Shown: positions 30,233 to 39,566 of the stretch, piece by piece | How the letters are laid out: each line of letters starts with the position of its first letter | Position numbering within the stretch: position 1 is the first letter of the stretch | IMG/VR virus record: IMGVR_UViG_3300025127_006147 | Location: 96,001-160,000 of that record | Origin: a virus | DNA: 64,000 nucleotides | Strand: one strand, 5' to 3' | Program-made: the position numbers and the translations under genes | The notes under the pieces: generated by a model | The model's input: the letters and a program-made list of their open reading frames with translations, nothing else | Told to the model about the DNA's origin: nothing | Database searches by the model: none

Positions 30233-30700
30233 ATGGAAGATAAAAGAAGATTTTCACCTATAGAATTTTATAGATACGTTAGTGAACCTGTACCTCAGAG
30301 AGACTTGGATATTTGGTTTAAGGCTAATGATATAGTTCAAGAGAAGTCCGAATTATTTTTTTATTTTATAAAGTCATTATACATTTTAGTGGATAAAACT
30401 TATCTTGGTTCAGACGTTATAAAAAATGAAGAAAGTAAAAATCATTTTAACTGGTGTTGGAATAAAGTGATAAATGATTTAGAAAAAGAAAATATTAAAT
30501 TTAGTAAGGATGGGCCACACTTCGACTACTTTTGGAACTTCTTTTTAGAATCTTTTTACACCAATGATAATACATTAGTCATAGACAAAGTGGATAAATT
30601 TTTTTCTACACTATTTGTTATTAATGACCCCAAAACCAAGTCTGAATTAGACATATACACAGAACTTTACAAAACTTTAGATAATAATCTTATCAAATAA
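30233..30700 (+). CDS. Hypothetical protein
   Basis: 155 aa; TATTTAT at 30222-30228. Confidence 0.55.
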   Translation: MEDKRRFSPIEFYRYVSEPVPQRDLDIWFKANDIVQEKSELFFYFIKSLYILVDKTYLGSDVIKNEESKNHFNWCWNKVINDLEKENIKFSKDGPHFDYFWNFFLESFYTNDNTLVIDKVDKFFSTLFVINDPKTKSELDIYTELYKTLDNNLIK

Positions 30701-30785
30701 AGTTGACTTCTCAGTATCTTATAGTTAATTTTTTTACATACGTCAAACACGTATGCAATAATAAAATTTAAATTAATAGAAAAAA

Positions 30786-30962
30786 ATGGAAACATTAACA
30801 CAACTTAAAGAACTAGTAGAAAGTTTATCGGTAGATACTGGTAAGTTTTTTGAAAACACAAATAAAAGTGCAGGAATTAGAGCAAGAAAAACAGCACAAC
30901 AGATTAAGAATTTGTGTCAAGACTTAAGAAAAGAAATTTTGGAAGCAAATAAATCTAACTAA
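30786..30962 (+). CDS. Histone H1-like Hc1 family protein (Bacteroidetes type)
   Basis: METLTQLKELVESLSVDTGKFFENTNKSAGIRARKTAQQIKNLCQDLRKEILEANKSN* carries the KFF...NK.AG.R.RK motif; missed by the ORF track. Confidence 0.75.
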   Translation: METLTQLKELVESLSVDTGKFFENTNKSAGIRARKTAQQIKNLCQDLRKEILEANKSN

Positions 30963-30964
30963 AA

Positions 30965-31156
30965 ATGGTGACAATAAAAGGGTTCTTATTTTTACTTTCT
31001 ATATTAATAATGGGTAAATATTTGGCCGTATTTCTTATCAATTTTTTAAGTAATCCACCTAAAAAAATGAAAATGAGATATTACAAAGATATCGCCGTGG
31101 ACGAAATGATAATTTATTTTGTAGTTTCTTATTTTTTCACATATATAATTTTTTAA
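30965..31156 (+). CDS. Small two-TM membrane protein
   Basis: 63 aa with two hydrophobic segments; coupled to its neighbours. Confidence 0.45.
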   Translation: MVTIKGFLFLLSILIMGKYLAVFLINFLSNPPKKMKMRYYKDIAVDEMIIYFVVSYFFTYIIF

Positions 31157-31642
31157 ATGAGTTTATTCGACAGTATACAAAGAATAGGTAAAAGTTTTTA
31201 TGGTATAAGAAAACATGAAAATTATTTTATTTTAGATTTAACGTTTCCAGTCAATTGGAGATATGAAGGTTTATACAATAAGGAAAAAATAGCCGCTAAA
31301 GTAAATAAAAATTCAAATGGCACCTTTGTTATTTCATTTTATTGTATAGACACTAAAGATGAGGTTAGTTTTTTAGAAACTGAGGTTTTAAGAATAATTA
31401 AGGTAAACCAAGACGAAGAAGAAAAACAAAGACTATTGATAGAGAAGAAAGAAGAATTGGAAAAACTTTTTATGTCTAAAAATTTAGAAGAATTGAAAAG
31501 TATTACTTTTAACCATAAAAAAGAAATAGATTTACCAAACATACCAATAACAACATCTAATGGAAAAGATAACAAGGAAGTTGGAGTGGTTACAGAAACA
31601 AGTAAAGAAGGACAACAATCAGATTCAAAACCACAAAAATAA
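31157..31642 (+). CDS. Hypothetical protein
   Basis: 161-aa ORF in the operon. Confidence 0.5.
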   Translation: MSLFDSIQRIGKSFYGIRKHENYFILDLTFPVNWRYEGLYNKEKIAAKVNKNSNGTFVISFYCIDTKDEVSFLETEVLRIIKVNQDEEEKQRLLIEKKEELEKLFMSKNLEELKSITFNHKKEIDLPNIPITTSNGKDNKEVGVVTETSKEGQQSDSKPQK

Positions 31643-31991
31643 AACAATACAGAAAATTAAAAAAGAATTACCTGTATTCAACAAAAACGAATTAAATATG
31701 CCACAGTTTAGTGAAAAATATTTAAGAGAAAAAGCGGAAGAAAACAAACCTAAGATAATGGAGGGATATCTAGCATCCCTCCTTAATCTTTCAGAAAATT
31801 TACCTTTTCAAACCCTAGACGCAAACATGACTTTTACTTTACCACCTAATGAATATGTTAAGGTACTTAAAGAAGTTGAAAGAATTAAAATGGGTGGTGA
31901 GATAGAACCAGAATTGATTAATATAGACCCAACCTTTGACGTTCAGGTTGGCAATATATCTATGACATTCGTAATGGAAATTAAAGATTAG
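31560..31991 (+). CDS. Hypothetical protein
   Basis: 143 aa; overlaps the upstream gene, start uncertain. Confidence 0.45.
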   Translation: MEKITRKLEWLQKQVKKDNNQIQNHKNKTIQKIKKELPVFNKNELNMPQFSEKYLREKAEENKPKIMEGYLASLLNLSENLPFQTLDANMTFTLPPNEYVKVLKEVERIKMGGEIEPELINIDPTFDVQVGNISMTFVMEIKD

Positions 31992-32620
31992 TAGGTATAA
32001 TGTTTATATAATAGTTTTCTAGAAAATCCTTTACTCTCCAGTAAATTATATAGTTCTTTTCTTTGAACTGTTGATAAATCCCTACTTATTAAAAAATTAA
32101 ATTTACCTTGTGTAGTAAAATATTTCTTTATACACGACAAAAATCTAGAAGATTCACTAACAGTTTTTAAACTAAATAAATTAAATAAATCATTATTTTG
32201 GATAACTATTTTATTATTTAAAGAATATACTTGCATTATATTTTTACTGTTTAAATACCTATCGTATAATTCTTTAAACTCTATTCTTTTTGCTAACTGG
32301 TGGTCGTAAATCTTCTCCTCCACCTCAAAAGGTTTTATTTTAATAATTTGGTATTTTTTATTTTTCATTGTGACCTCTGTTAATCTACCTAGTTCGTCAC
32401 GACGATGTATAGGATTTTTTTTACACTTCCCAACACATACTAAAGCCAATTCAAATTCACATTCTATTTTTTTATTATATTTTACTGGGAATATAACATT
32501 TGATTTTTTATGTATTTCTTTGTATTTTTTGTTAATGTTAGTAAAAATACGAGAACTCGCAACAATTCTTTTTTTAGACTTGTTGTTAAATAAAACAATT
32601 TGGTAACTAGTAATATCCAT
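31988..32620 (-). CDS. Basic hypothetical protein
   Basis: 210 aa, Lys-rich; its ATG directly abuts the divergent dnaJ ATG. Confidence 0.55.
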   Translation of the reverse strand: MDITSYQIVLFNNKSKKRIVASSRIFTNINKKYKEIHKKSNVIFPVKYNKKIECEFELALVCVGKCKKNPIHRRDELGRLTEVTMKNKKYQIIKIKPFEVEEKIYDHQLAKRIEFKELYDRYLNSKNIMQVYSLNNKIVIQNNDLFNLFSLKTVSESSRFLSCIKKYFTTQGKFNFLISRDLSTVQRKELYNLLESKGFSRKLLYKHYTY

Positions 32621-33571
32621 ATGAAAAATTATTATGAAATTTTAGGTGTAAGTAAAGAGGCAACCGCGGCAGAAATAAAAAAAAGTTATCGTAAACTTTC
32701 TTTAAAATATCATCCAGATAAAAATCCAGAAGGCGAAGATAAATTCAAAGAAATTTCTGAAGCTTATACAATATTAGGAGACGAAGAAAAAAGAAAAAAA
32801 TATGATAATGGTGGAAATAGATTTGAAGACCTATTTTCTGGAGGTGGAAATCCTTTTGATATGTTTAACGATTTATTTGGGAAGGGTGGTTTTAATCAAC
32901 CCCCACGTACTAGAAGAGGTAAAGACATTAGTCTTAGTCTTAATATAACACTGGAAGAATCTTATTTCAGTAAAGAAAGGACAGTAAAATTTAATAGGGT
33001 AACAACTAACAACAAAATGTGTGGAACTTGTAAAGGTAGTGGGATGGTACAACAAATGGTACAATCAGGACCTTTTAGACAAATGTTAAATTCGGTATGT
33101 CCTAATTGTAATGGGAATGGTTTTGAAGGGGGTGGTTTTAGAAAAATAGAAGAAGTTAAATTTAAAATTCCTAGAGGTATTGATGATGGATTACTTATGA
33201 AATTAAGAGGAAAAGGTAATGCTGTTTGGGGAGGTATAGATGGAGATTTATTAATAAAAATTAATATATTACCTCATAGTAAATTTAAACGTGCTGCTGA
33301 ACAGTTACATTATACAGAAGATATAAATTTTGTTGACATATGTTTAGGTAAAGAAATTCTTATAGAACATTTTGACGGACCAATGAAAGTTGATATCCCA
33401 CCTAATTCAGATTTTAAAAAACCATTACGTGTAAAAGAAAAAGGTTTTTATGACCCATCTGGTTTTAAAGGTGATTTATATGTATTTTTAAATCCGATAA
33501 ACCCTGAAGATATAACAGATAAAGAAAAAGTTTTATTAGAAAAACTAAAAAAAGAAGAAAATTTTAAATAA
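32621..33571 (+). CDS. dnaJ: DnaJ-class chaperone with a shortened zinc finger
   Basis: [17 protein letters not shown] (HPD), G/F-rich region, only two CxxCxGxG motifs ([16 protein letters not shown]), and a DnaJ C-terminal domain. Confidence 0.9.
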   Translation: MKNYYEILGVSKEATAAEIKKSYRKLSLKYHPDKNPEGEDKFKEISEAYTILGDEEKRKKYDNGGNRFEDLFSGGGNPFDMFNDLFGKGGFNQPPRTRRGKDISLSLNITLEESYFSKERTVKFNRVTTNNKMCGTCKGSGMVQQMVQSGPFRQMLNSVCPNCNGNGFEGGGFRKIEEVKFKIPRGIDDGLLMKLRGKGNAVWGGIDGDLLIKINILPHSKFKRAAEQLHYTEDINFVDICLGKEILIEHFDGPMKVDIPPNSDFKKPLRVKEKGFYDPSGFKGDLYVFLNPINPEDITDKEKVLLEKLKKEENFK

Positions 33572-33756
33572 TGGAGAAAAAAAAGTGTAAAGGTTGCAAA
33601 AACAAACCACTAACTGACCTTAGTAAAGAAAAAATAGAAGAAGAGGGTTTCTCCCCCCTTGTCAAAACGTTAATTTTTTTGTATACTGCTTTAGCAGTTT
33701 ATGGAAGTGTGAGTTTAGTCATAGACATAAAAGAATTAATTAAAACCTTATTTTAA
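33571..33756 (+). CDS. Small CxxC plus TM protein
   Basis: KCKGCK then a C-terminal hydrophobic helix; overlaps the neighbours' stop and start codons. Confidence 0.45.
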   Translation: MEKKKCKGCKNKPLTDLSKEKIEEEGFSPLVKTLIFLYTALAVYGSVSLVIDIKELIKTLF

Positions 33757-34925
33757 TGAAAGAACAATTAAATTTATTTCCTACCGAAGAAGAAACTTTT
33801 GATTTTGAGTTTATGAAACAAGAGTTAATTAATAACTTGGATATGTTAAAAGAAATGACCGTCCAAGAACAAACTCTATATAAAAAATGGCAAGAAATGA
33901 ATAAAGGTGGTAAGATGTCTAAGATTAAAAAGAAACTTTTAAGTTATAAACAAAACTTATGGAAACCCACCGATATCAATAATTTAGAATTAACAATATC
34001 AGAAATATTAAATATAGACCCTTATGTGGTAATGGCAGAAAGTGGAAAAGGGGTAACAGAATGGGTTAATTATAGAAAATTAATTCACACTATGGAATGG
34101 GTTGCTAATCCAGGGAGAAATATGAAGTTTTGGGTTAAGGACCGTAACACAGATACTGTACTTGGTCAAATATGTTTAGGTTCTGATGTTACTAGTATAA
34201 AAGTAAGAGACGCATATATTGGTTGGGATAAAAAAAATAAGTTTGAACAAGGTAAACTTAATTGTACTGCAATCGCAACTACTATATGTAGTACACAACC
34301 AGGTGGATTTAATATGTTAATGGGTAAATTGGTGGCGTCCCTCACTACCTGTAAGACCATTAGAGAAGCTTGGGAAACAAAGTACGGAAATAAACTAATC
34401 GCGGTAGGGACTACTTCATTATATGGGATAAACTCTATGTATAACGGTATCCCACACTTTAAAACTATGGGAGAAACTACTGGACAAGTTAGATTAAAAC
34501 CAGACGATAGTGTTTATTTGCCCTGGAACCAGTGGTTAAAGGAAACTCATCCAGACGAACACAAAAAAGCTATAAGTGCTACAGGCCCTAAACAAAATGT
34601 AATAAATAAAGTATTTAAACATTGTGGAATTAAACCCTCAGCGTATGACCACGGATTCAAAAGAGGTGTTTACTTGGCGATGATGTATGAAAATGGTAAT
34701 GAGTTTTTAAGAGGAGAAATAGGTGAGAATGAACTTAAATTAAAATTAAAATTTGAAGAAGATATTCCATATACTAAAAGATGGTGGACCAAAAAAGCTA
34801 TCAGAAGATATGAAAGTTTATACAAACAAAATAGATTAAAACCAGAAACTTTATTCTATTGGGACGCGATAGACATATCTTGGGAAGAGATGAAAGAAAA
34901 ATATTTAAAAGAAGTTGGACGTTAA
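33756..34925 (+). CDS. DUF4338/Druantia DruA-like protein
   Basis: LGQICLGSDVTSIKVRDAYIGW, QP.GFN.LMGKLVA, TTSLYG..SMYNG and GETTG. Confidence 0.6.
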   Translation: MKEQLNLFPTEEETFDFEFMKQELINNLDMLKEMTVQEQTLYKKWQEMNKGGKMSKIKKKLLSYKQNLWKPTDINNLELTISEILNIDPYVVMAESGKGVTEWVNYRKLIHTMEWVANPGRNMKFWVKDRNTDTVLGQICLGSDVTSIKVRDAYIGWDKKNKFEQGKLNCTAIATTICSTQPGGFNMLMGKLVASLTTCKTIREAWETKYGNKLIAVGTTSLYGINSMYNGIPHFKTMGETTGQVRLKPDDSVYLPWNQWLKETHPDEHKKAISATGPKQNVINKVFKHCGIKPSAYDHGFKRGVYLAMMYENGNEFLRGEIGENELKLKLKFEEDIPYTKRWWTKKAIRRYESLYKQNRLKPETLFYWDAIDISWEEMKEKYLKEVGR

Positions 34926-34937
34926 AAAAATAAATAA

Positions 34938-35156
34938 ATGAAAAAAACAAGAACATTAAACGAATTGAGACAAGTAAAAGACACGGTATACACACACCCC
35001 TTATCACATCAAGAACAACTAAGTCAATGTGAATTAGATAAGAAAAGAATGTACACTAGAGAACAAGTAACAGATTTAATATACAGATATATTAAAGACA
35101 ATGAAAATACTATAAGTGATTTAGATATGGTATGGATAGAAAAAAATATTAAATAA
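34938..35156 (+). CDS. Hypothetical protein
   Basis: 72 aa, A-rich start context. Confidence 0.45.
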   Translation: MKKTRTLNELRQVKDTVYTHPLSHQEQLSQCELDKKRMYTREQVTDLIYRYIKDNENTISDLDMVWIEKNIK

Positions 35157-35188
35157 TTTGTTTTATAGAAATAAATTATTTAGATTTG
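35157..35188 (+). promoter_or_regulatory. Bacteroidetes-type promoter TTTG-N20-TAGATTTG
   Basis: Exact consensus upstream of 35227. Confidence 0.7.
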
Positions 35189-35226
35189 TGTAAAGAAATT
35201 AATAATTATCAAAAATAAAAAATCCA

Positions 35227-35514
35227 ATGAGAGCAACTAAAAAAGAAAAATTAGGAAACTATATTTGTAAAGTAGGAAAATATGATGTCAGACAAATTAT
35301 TAAGGCTGGTGGACTGAGTAAAAGTTTTGGAAAAGTAACCCAAAGTAAAGGGAGTTGTGAAGGTAGGATATACTTAGGTAAAAAACTAGTTGAGGGTAAT
35401 CTTAAAAGTGCTAGTGATGCGGTTCAAAAAGCTTTTGCTTTAACTTGTAAAGAAGGTAATGAACAGTACGTAGATAAACGACTAATCAAAAAACATAATT
35501 TAGTCTGTGAGTAG
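35227..35514 (+). CDS. Small basic early protein
   Basis: 95 aa; monocistronic between a host-type promoter and a terminator. Confidence 0.55.
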   Translation: MRATKKEKLGNYICKVGKYDVRQIIKAGGLSKSFGKVTQSKGSCEGRIYLGKKLVEGNLKSASDAVQKAFALTCKEGNEQYVDKRLIKKHNLVCE

Positions 35515-35537
35515 TCTTAATCACAGAGTAAAGAAAG

Positions 35538-35570
35538 GGAGGGTAAATAACTTTACTCTCCTTTTTTTTT
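35538..35570 (+). terminator. Intrinsic terminator
   Basis: GGAGGGTAAA-TAAC-TTTACTCTCC followed by T9. Confidence 0.75.
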
Positions 35571-35635
35571 TAAACATATTATAGAAGTATTTATTACATA
35601 GAAGTGATATTTATAATTAAACAATAAATCTAGAA

Positions 35636-37000
35636 ATGAGTTTTACAAGTTTATTAAACGAGGTTAGAGAGATATTAGAACAAGAGTTATCACGTTTAGA
35701 CGTGATGATGGATAGATATGCAAAACCTAAAAAGAAGGCGAGTGGAAAAGTAATCCCAGCAAAAATACCAGAAGATATACTAATAAAATTAATCATTGCA
35801 GACCCTACTAGTAGACACGAGGGTGACACCGAAGGTGTAGACCCAGATGTGATGGATAATATACAAGTCCAAAAAGTAGGTAAGTATGTTCAATGGATAA
35901 TTAAACAATGGTTAGGATTACAACAAAAAGCTCAAGAGGAATACCCTTATGACCCAAAACCTAACTCACCATTCCAAGGTAAACTTAACCAATTACAAGA
36001 ACTATTTTTAGAAGACCTTTACAAAACAACTGAAGATTTAATTAAGTTTGATAGATTTAAATCACAAATAGATGCGAGTAAAAGAGATATTAATAAGATT
36101 ACTTCTACTGATGAATTGTATGATTTAACCAAAGATTTTTCATTAGAAAAAGCCACCACTAGTAAAGCGGAACAAAAAGAAAAAAGAAAACGTGAAGAGG
36201 TTGATTATGTTTACGATGGGAACAGATGGGAAGTAGTTGTCCCAAAAACTAAAGCGGTGAGTTGTGATATGGCAGGTGCACCTTTAACTAGATGGTGTAC
36301 AGCTTCCGACAATTGGAATTACTATGAAAGATATTCAGGACAAGGTCCTTTATACATGATTAGAGATAAGAATGATATTGTGACTAGTGGAGGTAAAGGT
36401 GAAGGTGAACCACGACCTAAATACCAATTCCATTTCCCATCCAATCAATATATGGACCAAGATGATAGAAGTGTTAACTTGGAACAAATGTTACAAGATG
36501 GTGGGGAACTTAGTGAGTTAAAACAATTCTTTAAACATGAATTTGCAAAAGCACTTAACAAAGACTTTGGTGACCAGGTACAAATAAACTACCCTAATGA
36601 CCAAGTATCTAGATTCATAGGTCTATATGGTTTTGATGAATTTTTTGATAAACTTCCACAATCATTAAAAAGATTTGATTTTGAAAAAGGTAGAAGTGGA
36701 TACGGTAGAGACGACCAAGACTTACCAGCAACACCTCTTCATCCTAAAGTTTTAAATTTCCCTAACTTAGAGGTATTACATATTGAAGGTTTACTTAGTG
36801 AGTTACCAGAAGATATTAATAGATTACAAAATCTAATGTTTATTTCTATACCTAATAATCCAGAATTAAAAACACTACCAGAATCATTAGCAGACTTACC
36901 AGCCTTACAAGTTTTAAATATTAGAAACAATCCTAAATTACAAATAGGTCCTAGAGTTCAAGCGATGATTGATAGTGGTGATGTAACTGTAGTACAGTAA
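35636..37000 (+). CDS. WCT-domain protein with C-terminal leucine-rich repeats and an LxE leader
   Basis: MSFTSLLNEVREILEQE; VPKTKAVSC...TRWCTAS...GPLYMI; LRRs LEVLHI..LLSELPEDINRLQNL..I and LKTLPESLADLPALQVLNIRNNP; TATTTATA at 35608-35615. Confidence 0.65.
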   Translation: MSFTSLLNEVREILEQELSRLDVMMDRYAKPKKKASGKVIPAKIPEDILIKLIIADPTSRHEGDTEGVDPDVMDNIQVQKVGKYVQWIIKQWLGLQQKAQEEYPYDPKPNSPFQGKLNQLQELFLEDLYKTTEDLIKFDRFKSQIDASKRDINKITSTDELYDLTKDFSLEKATTSKAEQKEKRKREEVDYVYDGNRWEVVVPKTKAVSCDMAGAPLTRWCTASDNWNYYERYSGQGPLYMIRDKNDIVTSGGKGEGEPRPKYQFHFPSNQYMDQDDRSVNLEQMLQDGGELSELKQFFKHEFAKALNKDFGDQVQINYPNDQVSRFIGLYGFDEFFDKLPQSLKRFDFEKGRSGYGRDDQDLPATPLHPKVLNFPNLEVLHIEGLLSELPEDINRLQNLMFISIPNNPELKTLPESLADLPALQVLNIRNNPKLQIGPRVQAMIDSGDVTVVQ

Positions 37001-37399
37001 TTAGGATATTTTATCCCATTTCCCATTATTCATTAATTTAAAACTACCAATATATTTTTTATCCCATTCGGTAGGTTTAATTAAACTTAAGAATAAATTT
37101 TTATTTTTTCTTTCATATAAAAAGTATTCTTCCCCTAGTAAAGGTTGAAAGTTGTATTCTGATTCATATACTAACTTAGTCCAATTATACTCATCAACTA
37201 ATTTTTGATACTCTTTTTTTAATTCTTTTAATCTAGAATCAAAATAATTATCAGCTTTATAACTATCACTTTTATCTACCTTAATAGGTTCAAATTTTTG
37301 TGAACCAACAGTCGTAGGATAAGATTTTAAGTTAGCGTCAAATTTGTCCGTATCTTCGTTATAAACTATATTATCTGGGTACTTTTTTTTCATAAACAA
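37001..37399 (-). CDS. DUF2452-like protein
   Basis: LKSYPTTVGSQKFEP and YESEYNFQPLLGEEYFLYE. Confidence 0.55.
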   Translation of the reverse strand: MFMKKKYPDNIVYNEDTDKFDANLKSYPTTVGSQKFEPIKVDKSDSYKADNYFDSRLKELKKEYQKLVDEYNWTKLVYESEYNFQPLLGEEYFLYERKNKNLFLSLIKPTEWDKKYIGSFKLMNNGKWDKIS

Positions 37400-38274
37400 C
37401 TAAAATATCTTTCACCTCTATCACAGAGTATTGTTAAACCGTTATTACTATCATTATCTCGTAACCACTCAAAACATACTTTAACATTAGCTGCTGCACT
37501 AACACCAACAAATAAACCAAATTCAGAAGCTAATTTTTTAGCAAATAATTTAGCACATTCAGTTTTAATTGTCCTAACTTCATCTACTAACTCTAGGTCA
37601 ACTAAAAATTTACTACCATCCCCTATTCCTTGTATGCCGTGAAGTCCTGGTTCACCCCCTGACATTACTGGAGATTCAGCTGGTTCTACAGCGACTACTT
37701 TTATATCGGGCCATTTTTCTTTTAGATATTTTGCTGTACCCATTAAACTTCCACCAGTACCCGTTCCCAAAACTATTACATCTGGTTTACTAGTATATAA
37801 GGGATATGTGGAGTAAAATTCAGGTCCCGTAGTTTCGTAATGAGCTTTTATATTTAAAGGATTGTGGAACTGATTACAATTAAACCAACCTTCTTCTTCA
37901 CACATTTTATCTCTTAATGCTATTGCTCCATCGAAATCACCTTCATCTACTTCTATTAACTTTGCTCCATATATTTTAAACATATTCTTTCTTTCTTCGG
38001 ACATATTAGAAGGCATGATAATAACCATCCTATAACCTCTTTCCGCAGCTAACATAGCAAATGCAATTCCACTATTACCTGATGTTGCTTCACAAAGGGT
38101 ACTTCCTTTTTTTATTAAATTTCTTTTTTCTGCATCATTCAAAATGTAAGTAGCCATACGGTCCTTTACTGAACCAGACGGATTCATAAATTCTGCTTTT
38201 CCCCATACAGTAAACTCACCAATCTCTATTGGTATTAATGGGGTTCGACCTACGTAATCTGATAATTTTTTCAT
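37390..38274 (-). CDS. cysK: Cysteine synthase (PLP-dependent O-acetylserine sulfhydrylase)
   Basis: GRTPL, KAEFMNPSGSVKDR (PLP lysine), EATSGNSG, GTGTGGS, GLHGIQGIG and LCDRGERYFS. Confidence 0.92.
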   Translation of the reverse strand: MKKLSDYVGRTPLIPIEIGEFTVWGKAEFMNPSGSVKDRMATYILNDAEKRNLIKKGSTLCEATSGNSGIAFAMLAAERGYRMVIIMPSNMSEERKNMFKIYGAKLIEVDEGDFDGAIALRDKMCEEEGWFNCNQFHNPLNIKAHYETTGPEFYSTYPLYTSKPDVIVLGTGTGGSLMGTAKYLKEKWPDIKVVAVEPAESPVMSGGEPGLHGIQGIGDGSKFLVDLELVDEVRTIKTECAKLFAKKLASEFGLFVGVSAAANVKVCFEWLRDNDSNNGLTILCDRGERYFSCL

Positions 38275-38374
38275 ATCATAAGTTTAATATTTTAGGTGAT
38301 AAAGTCCACATCATCTTGATAAGTATTTTACTTTAATGTATTATTATTTAACTAATTTCAAATATTTATAAATT

Positions 38375-38710
38375 ATGAATGTAGATGTGGAAATATATTG
38401 TAAGAACTTTAAAAGTTTTTTTCTTAATAACCCTACCAGTAAAGAAGAATTATTGTCGACAGTTCCTGGGGTTAGTTTTGAAAATTTTATAATAGAAGTT
38501 ACTAAAATAGCTGAAGATAATTTTGAAAAAGGAGGTGACCCCGCAGTAAGTAGAAAACAAATTTTAGATATACTAAATGATTTGTATATTGAACATGTTA
38601 AGGAAAATTACAGAGAATTTGGTGAAGATGTGGGATTAATAGATAAAGTTAATATAGACGAATCTAAAGTTTTTCAAAATCTAAAAGGATTTAACATAGG
38701 TTTAAATTAA
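38375..38710 (+). CDS. Hypothetical protein
   Basis: 111 aa; TATTTATA at 38363-38370. Confidence 0.55.
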   Translation: MNVDVEIYCKNFKSFFLNNPTSKEELLSTVPGVSFENFIIEVTKIAEDNFEKGGDPAVSRKQILDILNDLYIEHVKENYREFGEDVGLIDKVNIDESKVFQNLKGFNIGLN

Positions 38711-39564
38711 GCTATATTTTCTATAGTTGCTTTATAACTAGATTTAATTATAGTGGCTCCCGACTCTCCCTGTATTAAAGTGTAAGAAATCAGAAAATGG
38801 GTTGTACACTCAGTTATTTTGTCTTCCCCATTAGTGACATTCATACTCCAACACGTGGTAACTCCCGTCGCTTCTCCTTCTGGTTGTAGGAGTTCTAATA
38901 TCAGTGTAAATAACAGAGTTAAAGTTGGGGTATTACTACCTTCCACACATTCAAACTTATAAATTTTTATATGTACATTGACTGTTTCTCTATGTCCCCC
39001 AACGTATAAATTACCACATACATTTAAAGCATTACTTACAGAACCATCTATAGTATGTGGAAAGGGTACCCCGCAATTTAAATTTGCATAAGTAAAACTA
39101 GTTTTAACTAAATTCCAAGCTCCATTACCTGAACCTGAATTAAATCCACTATTTATATTTCCTATATATTCAAATCCACCTTTTGGTTTTTCTACATGCA
39201 TAGAATTAGAAACAATTAATATTGGGGTAATTGAACTATCAGGAACGTCTATTTTTATTAAATTAGTGGAAGGGTTACTTAAAGTAACATTACTACCTCC
39301 ACTTAACATTAATACTTGTTGAGAATCATTTCTGGTGGTGTAAGACTTATTACCAGATAATGTAGTACCAGTTACAAAAGTATCGGTACCACTACTACCA
39401 CTTACACAATGTTTTATTAAATCACAGTCAAAAGGAGTCGGTTCGGGTAAACAACTCTTATAATCTTCAGTAATAGATGAATAAATTGGTTGGGTGTTAA
39501 CTATTCTATCATACTCAGGACAAGGTCCATCACAACCGTAATATTGGTCAAACCAGTTAGACAT
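38707..39564 (-). CDS. Putative virion/tail accessory protein
   Basis: Cys-rich N-terminus, DTFVTGTTLSGN segment, and a T/S/G-rich beta composition like the 1-14 kb structural proteins. Confidence 0.45.
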   Translation of the reverse strand: MSNWFDQYYGCDGPCPEYDRIVNTQPIYSSITEDYKSCLPEPTPFDCDLIKHCVSGSSGTDTFVTGTTLSGNKSYTTRNDSQQVLMLSGGSNVTLSNPSTNLIKIDVPDSSITPILIVSNSMHVEKPKGGFEYIGNINSGFNSGSGNGAWNLVKTSFTYANLNCGVPFPHTIDGSVSNALNVCGNLYVGGHRETVNVHIKIYKFECVEGSNTPTLTLLFTLILELLQPEGEATGVTTCWSMNVTNGEDKITECTTHFLISYTLIQGESGATIIKSSYKATIENIA

Positions 39565-39566
39565 AC

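Noticed and set aside
33756-34925. Complete Druantia defence system
   Set aside because: No DruE helicase or other Dru subunits among the neighbours.
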